Made by a program: the position numbers and the translations under genes
From: an uncultured virus (IMG/VR IMGVR_UViG_3300050821_007680)
Lineage: Duplodnaviria > Heunggongvirae > Uroviricota > Caudoviricetes
Direction: 5' to 3' (one strand)
DNA: 64,000 nucleotides
IMG/VR virus record: IMGVR_UViG_3300050821_007680
The notes under the pieces: model-generated
The model's database searches: none
Told to the model about the DNA's origin: nothing
The model's input: only the letters and a program-made list of their open reading frames with translations
Shown: positions 37,383 to 46,758 of the stretch, one piece after another
Numbering within the stretch: the stretch's first letter is position 1
Layout of the letters: every line of letters starts with the position of its first letter

Positions 37383-38023
37383 TGTCGCAAATGACCTACC
37401 AAGAGTTTTCAGAGCGTATCATCAACGCGCACTATAATAACTTCCCAAGCCCGGAAGCGACGATAACGCCACGCTTTATTGCAGACAGGGCAGCCGCAAA
37501 AGTTGCAAAGGCGGCGGTTAAAAACGCCTATGGAAATTCAAACCTATCCGAAGCAACTTATTCAAACGACCAGTTTATAGCGGTTTTTAATGGTGTCGCG
37601 TTATTGACAGACCCGTCTACACAGAACAAATATGCCGTTATGCCAGCCACGCCGGCAGGATTGCCGCTTGGCAGGGAAATAGCACAAATATCATTTACAG
37701 GTTATCCTAACGTTTGGTGCGTGCCTATGAGCAATCGGTATCAGTTCATACAAACAGGGCTGCCGCCGATACCCGCATCTGATGGGGTACAGACATTTGT
37801 GGTTGAGAATGGCAATATTGTATTTCAAAACCTGCCGGGAATTGTTACCGGGCCGGTGAACATGAAGCTTGTAGGCGCTGTAATGGCTGGCGATGCGATA
37901 TTAACACAGTTCCTTAATGTACCAAAAGATGTGCAGGATGATATTTTTTTATCTATCTTAGGTGAACTGGCGAGTGAGTATAAAGTGCAACCGCAAGTAA
38001 TTGAAACAGGAGAGCCGTCATGA
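37382..38023 (+). CDS. Tail ring/tubular protein (putative)
   Basis: Size and position. Confidence 0.6.
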   Translation: MSQMTYQEFSERIINAHYNNFPSPEATITPRFIADRAAAKVAKAAVKNAYGNSNLSEATYSNDQFIAVFNGVALLTDPSTQNKYAVMPATPAGLPLGREIAQISFTGYPNVWCVPMSNRYQFIQTGLPPIPASDGVQTFVVENGNIVFQNLPGIVTGPVNMKLVGAVMAGDAILTQFLNVPKDVQDDIFLSILGELASEYKVQPQVIETGEPS

Positions 38024-38787
38024 GTAAAATATCCGTCAAACAATTATGTTTGGAATACCTCGGCTCAAAAGACGAGGGTAGCGACCGCTTTGTTCGCCTA
38101 TACAACATCGCGCGCTTACAGGGTATGCGCAAATTTCAGATGGATGTTACAGGACAATTTCGCACCCAATTACTTCCTATCGGCGTAAACCATACCGTAC
38201 CGTTCCCCGACGACTACCTCGATTATTCAATGGTTGGCATAGTAAACGAGCATGGAGAGGGGGTGCCGCTAAAACACAACGAGGATATTATACCAATTAA
38301 ACAGGCTTTTTTATCAACTCAAAACGCTTTGGTAGGCACACCAACACTTACGGGGTGTGCAACCAATTCCCCCGGCACACCATTATTTTGGCTGAATTAT
38401 CAATGGAATGGTGAATTTGTTCATCTTTATGGATTGGGCGGCGGTTCACCAAGAGTGGGAGAATTTAGCGTGGATGATAATCAGAGGTGCTTTTTGATAA
38501 ATCCCGATTTTCAATGGGGGTCTGTACTGGTGGAGTACTTAACCAATGGTTTCGACTGCGATTGCAACCAATATATGATACACACATTTGCTGCCGATGC
38601 TTTTATGGCGTGGCTGCGATGGAAAGATAACATTGATAAAAAAGGCGTTAGCCAGGTCACCATACGCGCGTTGAAATTGGAGTGGGCAAATGAGAAAAAA
38701 ATGGCACGTGTCAGGTTGAATCCTGTGCGTATTCAAGAAATGGAGCGCGTTTTTAGGCACCATACTAAATTAGTGGCGAGGGCGTAA
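38020..38787 (+). CDS. Tail ring/tubular protein (putative)
   Basis: FPDDYLDY, VLVEY..NG motifs; position. Confidence 0.65.
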   Translation: MSKISVKQLCLEYLGSKDEGSDRFVRLYNIARLQGMRKFQMDVTGQFRTQLLPIGVNHTVPFPDDYLDYSMVGIVNEHGEGVPLKHNEDIIPIKQAFLSTQNALVGTPTLTGCATNSPGTPLFWLNYQWNGEFVHLYGLGGGSPRVGEFSVDDNQRCFLINPDFQWGSVLVEYLTNGFDCDCNQYMIHTFAADAFMAWLRWKDNIDKKGVSQVTIRALKLEWANEKKMARVRLNPVRIQEMERVFRHHTKLVARA

Positions 38788-38789
38788 AA

Positions 38790-41700
38790 ATGGCACAGGC
38801 GGACACCTACATGCGAACCGGGAATGCTGGCGGTATGGATACCGATAGTTCGATCGAGGATATTGCCATTGAGGATGCGATCAATAGGGTCAATCTTCGG
38901 AATACGGGCTCACAAGGACAACAACTTGGCTATGATACCAATATCGAAAGCACCATCGCTTTATCCGGTTCATTGCTACCCGGCATAAATGGCGTTATTG
39001 GGGGAGGTAAATTTGATGATACAGGGCAGATTGTAGCCTTCCGATACAATAGTGCCGGGAATTGCCAGATGATCCTTTACAGCTACGCTACGAATACATA
39101 CAGCGTAATTTATACGGACGTGACAGATAGCGGCGGCGCAACGTTGCTTCCACTTAACCCACAAAACCAGGTAACAGCACTCCTTTTCAATAAAATATAT
39201 CTTTTTTGGTGGGCGAAAGACCTCGAAGTAGGATATTGCAACCTGCAAACATTAGCGTCTGGCGGGTATGGAACGGTGCTGTCCGAAGATTTATCGTTAT
39301 TGAAGACACAATGCCCGACACCTATCGCTGCCGTGCCGAATGCCACAACACCTGATGCTATTACAAGCGGGTATGGAAGCGATGCGGGAAAGCCCGCTAA
39401 TTTTCTTTATGGCAAGTTGCCGCAATTCATTGTTCAGGGTATAAACGCCGATTTTAACTACACGGCATGGAACACCCGTAGCAAGCGGTTTACGCCATAC
39501 CAACAGAACACGCCGATACTTGGTGCCGCCGTTGCGCAGAACAACTACATCGTCGTGGCGATACCGCTTTGGTCAACAAGACTGGTGTCCATAAATGTAG
39601 GTGTACAGTTTGACGATAGCGGGGTGTTTTATAACTTCAAATCGGTTGATGTATCCTATATAAAGTCGCTTACACATACTGCCGTTGATGTATCTACAGA
39701 GGTGTACGAAGCCTACAATCCCGGAAACAATACTTACTATTTTACTTTTTACAACAACAGCGTAACCATACCCATAAACCCGAACGAAACAGACCTGCTA
39801 TATGACAATATTTGGCCATCAAACTCAGGGGCGCAGTTCAACGGAAATTTACCCGCGCTTGGCGACTGGAAAACACTATACCCCCGGCCAAAAACAAGTG
39901 TAACATTAACGGCGGTAGGGTACAATCCGAATATCGCCATTCCGGCAGGTACATACACCAATCCGCTCATATCATTAGGGTATTTTGCAGGGGCGTCTGG
40001 AAGCGGCGCAGGTAACCACAGGCGGAATATGTTTATCTCATTAAGCGGCAGTCCGAACACGGGGGATGTGGTGAATGTGATACAGGCCGACATTAGAAAC
40101 GCTACGAATACATTGGTAACACCATATCCCGTTCCGTCGTCACAGAATGGTAACTTGCTTGCGGTTGTGCAAAGTGTGGCTCAGATTCTCGGCGGCAGTT
40201 ATGTGGCATATGGAACGGGATATAAAATAAGCTTTACCGGCATTCCTTATTTTGGTATAATAAACTATAGCATACAGTTATTTTTTAACGGCGCGACCGT
40301 GGCAAATTCAATAGCTACCGTACTGGATAATACAGGTCAGCAGTTGGCGTTGTTTTATTATGACGCCAAGCTTCGCCCTATGCCCGTATGCACCGACAAT
40401 ACTTATATTATAACCAAACCGTCATACGCACAACAAAACGGAAGCGCCACAGAGATCGCGTGGACTATAAACACGGGGGCGGCACCTGCCGGGGCTGCAT
40501 ACTACCAGTGGGGAATAACCAAACCAACGGTAACAAAAGTACTGGACACGATTGCTACCGTTATTAATTACAAGGGTAGCTGGAATGCAAGGACGAACAG
40601 CCCGACATTAGCTATCAACTCCGGCAATATTGGTGATACCTACCAAATAACAACGCCATTTTCCATAGCCGCGCAAACCAGTTCGACGCTGTATACGAAT
40701 TTGGGGCATGGTGAAAATTACAATACGGGCGATTATATTACCAATGTAGGCGGCATATCGGGCGGTTCACAGGCCGGGCAGTATTACGCCGTGTTACCAG
40801 CTTCATTTGGCAACCTTGCCGCTACTGGAGGTGCCGGGCTGTTGGTCTTTAGTTTAAATTCATTAGCACTGCTAAATTCGCAATTCTCAAACGAGAATGT
40901 AACGACAAATTTAGTATACGATTTCGCACAGGGCGACAGGTGCACGCTGCACTACTGGATTGACAGTGGCGGTAATATCAACTATTTTAGCAATCCATGT
41001 ATCGACCTTCCCATCATTGGGTATGATCCCGGAACTTATTTAGTCAAAGTTGAAAATTCAGCGGCGCTAACCTATTCGGGGGGGCACATCTTGTATAATG
41101 GACAGCAGATAGATGTACGGAACATATTTATCAGGCTTTACAGCCCCGCTCCCGCATCGGCAACGGCAAGCGCGGCACTAAATGAAACAGAGTGGCTCGA
41201 GATAGGCGAGTGCTTCCCGGTAACAAACGGAAACCATAGCGTATTAAGCGGTGTAATTACAGACGGAGGCGCGTATTACAAAACAAGACAATTCCCCGAT
41301 GCGATACAGCCGTATACCAATCCGCCTGTAAATGTATTGGCGACCGATCTCAATTATTCCGACTTTTACCCGTCGGCCTTTTACTCGTTTGGTCGTGTCC
41401 GCACCTATTACGATGTAAAAGAGCAGTCAGAGCAGCAGGCGTTAATCATCACCGGGCAGCCCTATGTATTGGGCAGCAGGATAAACGGGTTGAACAGGTT
41501 TTACCCTGCGCATATCTACGGCAACAACAACGGGCAAACATCGTCGAGCAAGGGTAGTATACAAATAATGGAGCAGGTAGGTCAGGAACTCTATGTGTTA
41601 CAGGAATTGGGCGTGTTCAGGATACCCGTAAACGAGGCGTACACCGTATTGAACGCAGAGTTAACAGGTCAGTCTATCAGTTCCATTTTACTAAATAACG

Positions 41701-42830
41701 GGCGATATGATAATGAAAATGTAGGCATAGGCACGACAAAGGCGTTTTGCAGAAGATACAGTACGATGTATTTTGTCGACCCGAATAAGTCATTGCCATA
41801 CCGTATAGTAGCAGGACGAATTGAACCGATCAGCGGGAAGATGACGAAGTTTTTCCAAAACCTGATACAATTGGCTTATTCACAGGGCAAGCGATTAAAT
41901 TTCTTCTACAATGATTATTACGAAGAGGCGGTATTTACTGTAGAAGCGGATGGCGGACAGCTATTCTTTTTCCCTTTCTCACCGACTAATTGGAACCCAC
42001 TGAATAGCTATGTGATAACAGGAACGCAGGTAACAGCGACACCAAACGGAGCGCATTGTACAGCGAGTTATAACAGCGCTACGGGGGTGGTTACCTACAC
42101 CCCGGCAAGTAATTATGTAGGGGGGGATACCCCTACCTTTACCTTCAATCCGGGTGGTGGTGGTATAACCTTAAATAACTGCCTGACATGGCTGGCAGGA
42201 ACAACTACAGTAAATGCGTTTGGGTTTACACCGTTAACCAACCAACCATTGAGCACGTTAGTAACAAGTAATGCTATTACTGTAACAGGGCCAAATATAC
42301 CTGTATCGATCAGCATCACGGGAGGGCAGTATTCTATCAATGGCGGCGCATATACCAGCGCAGCCGGAACCACCAACGCCAACGATGTGATTATCGTTCA
42401 ACAGACCACAAGCGGGTCAAACAGCACAACGACCAATGCTGTGTTGACAGTAGGTTCGACAAGCGGAACATTTACCGCAACTACGCTGGCGGCAGCGGCT
42501 GGTAATTACAGTGTTTACAGCCAATACGGTGTAAATATTTCAGCGGTCGCCAACGGGACGTGCTCAGGCACACCAACATTTAGCGGCTTCCCATTAAGTA
42601 ACGGGCAGATAGTTTACGCGGCCTATACGACCACCGGCGGCGCGGGACTTACGGTTTTGGTAACAGGAACAGGAACGCCAGCTATACCGGGGCATACTTT
42701 CCTGGGCTTGGTAGTGGGGGGTGTGCAGATAAGCAGTGTAGCCTATACCGGGCCGGGGACATACACGTTAACATTTACGGCAACGGCAAACAACCCAACA
42801 ACAATTCAAATTATTAGCTTTACAGCATAG
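38790..42830 (+). CDS. Tail muzzle/stabilisation (nozzle) protein, N-terminal part with accessory beta domains
   Basis: GGMDTD....A.N.RN N-terminus, INGLNRF, KGSIQ, YFVD.NK; C-terminal Ig-like TYTPASNYVG.D.PTF. Confidence 0.75.
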   Translation: MAQADTYMRTGNAGGMDTDSSIEDIAIEDAINRVNLRNTGSQGQQLGYDTNIESTIALSGSLLPGINGVIGGGKFDDTGQIVAFRYNSAGNCQMILYSYATNTYSVIYTDVTDSGGATLLPLNPQNQVTALLFNKIYLFWWAKDLEVGYCNLQTLASGGYGTVLSEDLSLLKTQCPTPIAAVPNATTPDAITSGYGSDAGKPANFLYGKLPQFIVQGINADFNYTAWNTRSKRFTPYQQNTPILGAAVAQNNYIVVAIPLWSTRLVSINVGVQFDDSGVFYNFKSVDVSYIKSLTHTAVDVSTEVYEAYNPGNNTYYFTFYNNSVTIPINPNETDLLYDNIWPSNSGAQFNGNLPALGDWKTLYPRPKTSVTLTAVGYNPNIAIPAGTYTNPLISLGYFAGASGSGAGNHRRNMFISLSGSPNTGDVVNVIQADIRNATNTLVTPYPVPSSQNGNLLAVVQSVAQILGGSYVAYGTGYKISFTGIPYFGIINYSIQLFFNGATVANSIATVLDNTGQQLALFYYDAKLRPMPVCTDNTYIITKPSYAQQNGSATEIAWTINTGAAPAGAAYYQWGITKPTVTKVLDTIATVINYKGSWNARTNSPTLAINSGNIGDTYQITTPFSIAAQTSSTLYTNLGHGENYNTGDYITNVGGISGGSQAGQYYAVLPASFGNLAATGGAGLLVFSLNSLALLNSQFSNENVTTNLVYDFAQGDRCTLHYWIDSGGNINYFSNPCIDLPIIGYDPGTYLVKVENSAALTYSGGHILYNGQQIDVRNIFIRLYSPAPASATASAALNETEWLEIGECFPVTNGNHSVLSGVITDGGAYYKTRQFPDAIQPYTNPPVNVLATDLNYSDFYPSAFYSFGRVRTYYDVKEQSEQQALIITGQPYVLGSRINGLNRFYPAHIYGNNNGQTSSSKGSIQIMEQVGQELYVLQELGVFRIPVNEAYTVLNAELTGQSISSILLNNGRYDNENVGIGTTKAFCRRYSTMYFVDPNKSLPYRIVAGRIEPISGKMTKFFQNLIQLAYSQGKRLNFFYNDYYEEAVFTVEADGGQLFFFPFSPTNWNPLNSYVITGTQVTATPNGAHCTASYNSATGVVTYTPASNYVGGDTPTFTFNPGGGGITLNNCLTWLAGTTTVNAFGFTPLTNQPLSTLVTSNAITVTGPNIPVSISITGGQYSINGGAYTSAAGTTNANDVIIVQQTTSGSNSTTTNAVLTVGSTSGTFTATTLAAAAGNYSVYSQYGVNISAVANGTCSGTPTFSGFPLSNGQIVYAAYTTTGGAGLTVLVTGTGTPAIPGHTFLGLVVGGVQISSVAYTGPGTYTLTFTATANNPTTIQIISFTA

Positions 42831-42832
42831 CC

Positions 42833-43780
42833 ATGTCATTCAGCGCATTACAAAACGTACCCATTAGCATAAACCTGTTACAGCAATGCAACACGACGGG
42901 GTGGTCGTTTGATACTGACGGCATATCAGCCGATCACGAGAGCTGCAACGCTGGTAATATACCATTAACTAACTACCCGGTAACCGCTAACCAACCCTAC
43001 CAAATCAGCTATATTGTAGTGTCCATATCAGGGGGCAATGTGCAACCGCAAACACCGGGTGGCAATGGTATTGCAAGGACTACACCGGGATTGTACGTTG
43101 AAACTATTACACCAACTTCAAATGGCTTTTTATCTTTTTACTCAAATGCAACCTGTAAGATTCAGGGTTTTAACATAAAACCTATATCATCAAATCCGGG
43201 AACAACAATCGTTTATTCCGCAACCAACAGCCACAAACGAGAGATGGCTATTTGGAGCGACATGCGAACTTTTTATCCTGACTTTGGATGGTCATTGTAT
43301 ACCCGAACGATATTAGCTAATAATGGAGCTATGTGGGTTGCTGACAATGGACAATCGAACGGGACGGCGAATAACTTCTTTGGCACACAATTCCAAAGTT
43401 CAATAAAACTTGTAGAAGCTAAAAACCCGACCATAGTAAAAGACTTCGAGGCATTAGCCTACCAGGCAAATCAATTGTTGGTAACCACTATCGACGGTAT
43501 ACAGACCAGTTTGGGTCAAATCAGTACATTGATAGATACTGATTTTATAAAAACCAACTTATCTTCGGGGGGCTTGTCGGTAACTGGTTACCAGAATGAC
43601 GGTGTATACTCCGCTTCATTTTTAGGCGATGAGAATGACCAAAATATAGTTAACGGGTCTGGAATGCGGGGCAGCTATATTATTATCGAATTAATTACCA
43701 ATGATGGAAGTGCCCCTCTTACACTTTTTAGTGTATCGGTTAGATCAAAAGTTGTATCTTTAGGAAGCAGGCCATTATAA
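42833..43780 (+). CDS. Virion protein resembling the C-terminal part of a muzzle protein
   Basis: NNFFGTQFQSSI, P.IVKDF.AL, GMRGSY...EL, LFSV. Confidence 0.65.
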   Translation: MSFSALQNVPISINLLQQCNTTGWSFDTDGISADHESCNAGNIPLTNYPVTANQPYQISYIVVSISGGNVQPQTPGGNGIARTTPGLYVETITPTSNGFLSFYSNATCKIQGFNIKPISSNPGTTIVYSATNSHKREMAIWSDMRTFYPDFGWSLYTRTILANNGAMWVADNGQSNGTANNFFGTQFQSSIKLVEAKNPTIVKDFEALAYQANQLLVTTIDGIQTSLGQISTLIDTDFIKTNLSSGGLSVTGYQNDGVYSASFLGDENDQNIVNGSGMRGSYIIIELITNDGSAPLTLFSVSVRSKVVSLGSRPL

Positions 43781-43791
43781 AAAATACAATC

Positions 43792-44262
43792 ATGCCAGAC
43801 CCAACAACACCACAGCCATTAACCCCCGGACAAAAAGAGCATTGGAACCGGTTTGTAGATTATTTAGAACGCAATGGATACAAGGGTAACCCTAAGTTAG
43901 ATAACAGAAACATGGCCTTTGGGCAAAACTTACTGGAGCGGTTTAATCAATCCGACCCGAAAAATGCCATAAGCTATCAGGATATAGCGCGGGTACAGCA
44001 CGAGTTCCAGCAAACAAGGGCGCAAACGATTGATGCTTACAGAAAGAACCCAAAGGCATTTGAGGGGGTGAAGAACGAGGATGAAATCATGGCTAACATA
44101 TCCCCAGTTGACGGGTGGTTGGGCAGCAAGACGAGTTCTCACAAGTTTCCGGTGGCTATACTCGCAACGGATATACAGGGGAAAAGGGATACGACCAATT
44201 TCGGAACGGATATAAATGCCATGGAAAAGACAGCACAAAACTTTAAACCACAAGGGAAATGA
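43792..44262 (+). CDS. hypothetical protein
   Basis: ORF in the structural operon. Confidence 0.7.
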   Translation: MPDPTTPQPLTPGQKEHWNRFVDYLERNGYKGNPKLDNRNMAFGQNLLERFNQSDPKNAISYQDIARVQHEFQQTRAQTIDAYRKNPKAFEGVKNEDEIMANISPVDGWLGSKTSSHKFPVAILATDIQGKRDTTNFGTDINAMEKTAQNFKPQGK

Positions 44263-44651
44263 TGCTAATACCGGTAACCCTTGACGAACTATATGCGTAT
44301 ATCAAAATAGCCTTTGATGGCGATAACGAACTGCCAACCTACCACATTTCAGAAAATAAATTTGCGTGGCATACCTATGATGAAATATGTAAAACGGCCA
44401 AGATTTTACCATTAACATACTATAAGGTTGGGGATTTTGGGTTTACCGTAACTTCGCCGGGGCTTCTTTACAGTTTCGGCATAAATATCAATCACAGGGA
44501 TAAAGAAACATTGCAATTATGGTTTGCGGAATTGAAGGATATTTTAATTAACTTTGATTGCCCACTACACGGTAAAAACAGCAGGGCAATCCTGCACCTT
44601 GTAAGGCAGGGTATGCGTATTAAGGAACACGTAACAGTATTAACGATTTAA
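44259..44651 (+). CDS. GNAT-fold-like protein preceding the ejection genes (T7 gp13-like position)
   Basis: LYSFGIN..HR, KNSRAI.HL..QG; position. Confidence 0.5.
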   Translation: MMLIPVTLDELYAYIKIAFDGDNELPTYHISENKFAWHTYDEICKTAKILPLTYYKVGDFGFTVTSPGLLYSFGININHRDKETLQLWFAELKDILINFDCPLHGKNSRAILHLVRQGMRIKEHVTVLTI

Positions 44652-44662
44652 ACTAAAGTCAA

Positions 44663-45355
44663 ATGCCATTAGGGGGCGCGGTTATAGCAGGAGCCGGATT
44701 GTTATATTCGGTTTATCAGGGTGAGCGTAATAATGCCAAGGCAAACGCTATTCAAAAAAACTTAAAAGACCCTGCATTTCAAATTCCGCCCGAATTTTAC
44801 CAAAACCGTGAGATAGCCCGGCAAATGGCGCAACAGGGCATTCCGCAACAACAATACAATAACGCCACGAATAATATCAACCAAAACCAGGCGGCGGCCA
44901 TATCAGCAGCGCAAAACAGCAATAACCCGGGTGGTAACATAGCGGCTATCGCAAGGCAGGGCAATCAGGCAAAGGCCACGCTTGATGCAGAAGATGCGCA
45001 GGCGAGGCAAGCCAACCAACGATACTTCATACAGCAAAATGCGCAAATTGGCAACCAGCAGTTGCAGAAACAGCAGAACGACGTTTACGACAAATTTACC
45101 AGGGACTTTAATCAGATGCAGGCGTATAAAGGGGCGGCACAGGATAACTTCAATGGCGCAGCGCAGGGAGCGCTTCAATTGGGGCAAACGTATATGACGG
45201 ATAGAATGAACAACCCCGTCACCCCAAATGGTAGTTGGACACCCGGAACAATGGGTGCAAAAAAGAACGCTTATAATGTAGACGCTACGGGCATGGGGTT
45301 GCCGCCCGACGCACTAAATTATCCTATCGGACAATATCAAATACCCGCTGCGTAA
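44663..45355 (+). CDS. Internal virion / ejection protein
   Basis: Gly/Ala hydrophobic N-terminus, Q/N/A-rich coiled coil. Confidence 0.7.
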   Translation: MPLGGAVIAGAGLLYSVYQGERNNAKANAIQKNLKDPAFQIPPEFYQNREIARQMAQQGIPQQQYNNATNNINQNQAAAISAAQNSNNPGGNIAAIARQGNQAKATLDAEDAQARQANQRYFIQQNAQIGNQQLQKQQNDVYDKFTRDFNQMQAYKGAAQDNFNGAAQGALQLGQTYMTDRMNNPVTPNGSWTPGTMGAKKNAYNVDATGMGLPPDALNYPIGQYQIPAA

Positions 45356-46758
45356 TGGGAGTAGGTCATCTCAATATTGGTGAAGGAATTGGCGATGCCA
45401 AAGTGTTCAACCCCATGCCGGCCATACAGCAGTATGGGCAGATACTCGCTCAAAAACAAGCCAAGCACGAAGCGGAAGTAAGGGCGTTGGGCGATGAATT
45501 AGCAAAGGGATATGACCCGAACGGGTTGCGGAACGATGCTGACAAATTAGAGTATGCCAAGAGGTATAAGGGGATTAAGGAAGATGCTATTGCCGCAGAA
45601 AATGAAAAAGATGCAACCAAAAAGGCAATGGCGCTATCAGGTATCCGGCAACGGTTAACAGATTTGTCAGCTTTTTCTACCGGCAGTAAAACACTTGACA
45701 AATTTGAGCGGGAGGCCGCTAAAGAACACGCCCTGCATCCTTATGTTTACGATGACAGCACTTCAAAGAAATTGTTAGACCAGCGCAACAGAACGTGGGA
45801 TCATCCCGACAATGTAAAAGATTGGAGTGGTATAGAAAGAGGGGTAGACCCGGCCAAAGAGGAGGTGAAGTATGACAAGTGGCGGGACGAGGTTTTAAAG
45901 CATCACCCGGCCACCTATGGAACGGAAAAAATTTCATACGGCCAAAATGTATTTGGCAGGAAAACAGCGACGGGAACACAGGAAAGGGTAATACCCTATC
46001 AGGACGCGCTTGAAATGCACCTGCATGCCGCAACCGCTGATATGGACTATCAAAAGCACCTGCAAAATAAATACCCCGAACTGCAAGACCCCAACCCGCA
46101 AAAACAACTGGCTATGCGGGTAGCACAGGATATGAAAGACCACGGCGATGGTGACGGCATACACGACAGGCCAAAGGTTAAGAATTACGAAGATGTAGCA
46201 CCGGATAAGTTCTATGAACATTATAATTATGAACTTAACCACCCGAAAGTATCGCCGACAACGGCGCAGAGTAATACGCCAACATATAGGCAGGATCTGG
46301 TCGGACGCATACTAAGTGGCTCGGCAGGCAGTGGCGAAGAACTAAAGGCTAAAATAGCTGCTGACCCGGCCTATGATGGTGAATTGAAAATAGGTGGGGG
46401 AACCGGAAAGGCGGTAAAAGGGCATTTGTTATTCACCATACCGCCAAAGAGGGTTTGGAAGCAAAAAACAGCGACAGATGATGCGGGTTGGTATCAGACA
46501 GCACCACAAAGAGAAATTTGGATAGACCCGAGCGCACCCAATGCGAAAATAAAGCTGAATGAAATGATAAATGAGTTAACAGGCGAGAAAGTAGATATTT
46601 CAGCGCTGCAAACACCTGGCGGTAAAAAACATATTGGCGTGGGGCAGCACATGCAAGGGGCAAAAACAACACCGGATGATTTTAATAAACAATGGTCAAA
46701 ACTACCAAAGGGCGCTACTTTAGTTGGCCCGGATGGTGTGACATATACTAAGAAGTAA
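45355..46758 (+). CDS. Internal virion / ejection protein
   Basis: Helical hydrophilic protein; position; GPDG.TY.K C-terminus. Confidence 0.65.
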   Translation: MGVGHLNIGEGIGDAKVFNPMPAIQQYGQILAQKQAKHEAEVRALGDELAKGYDPNGLRNDADKLEYAKRYKGIKEDAIAAENEKDATKKAMALSGIRQRLTDLSAFSTGSKTLDKFEREAAKEHALHPYVYDDSTSKKLLDQRNRTWDHPDNVKDWSGIERGVDPAKEEVKYDKWRDEVLKHHPATYGTEKISYGQNVFGRKTATGTQERVIPYQDALEMHLHAATADMDYQKHLQNKYPELQDPNPQKQLAMRVAQDMKDHGDGDGIHDRPKVKNYEDVAPDKFYEHYNYELNHPKVSPTTAQSNTPTYRQDLVGRILSGSAGSGEELKAKIAADPAYDGELKIGGGTGKAVKGHLLFTIPPKRVWKQKTATDDAGWYQTAPQREIWIDPSAPNAKIKLNEMINELTGEKVDISALQTPGGKKHIGVGQHMQGAKTTPDDFNKQWSKLPKGATLVGPDGVTYTKK

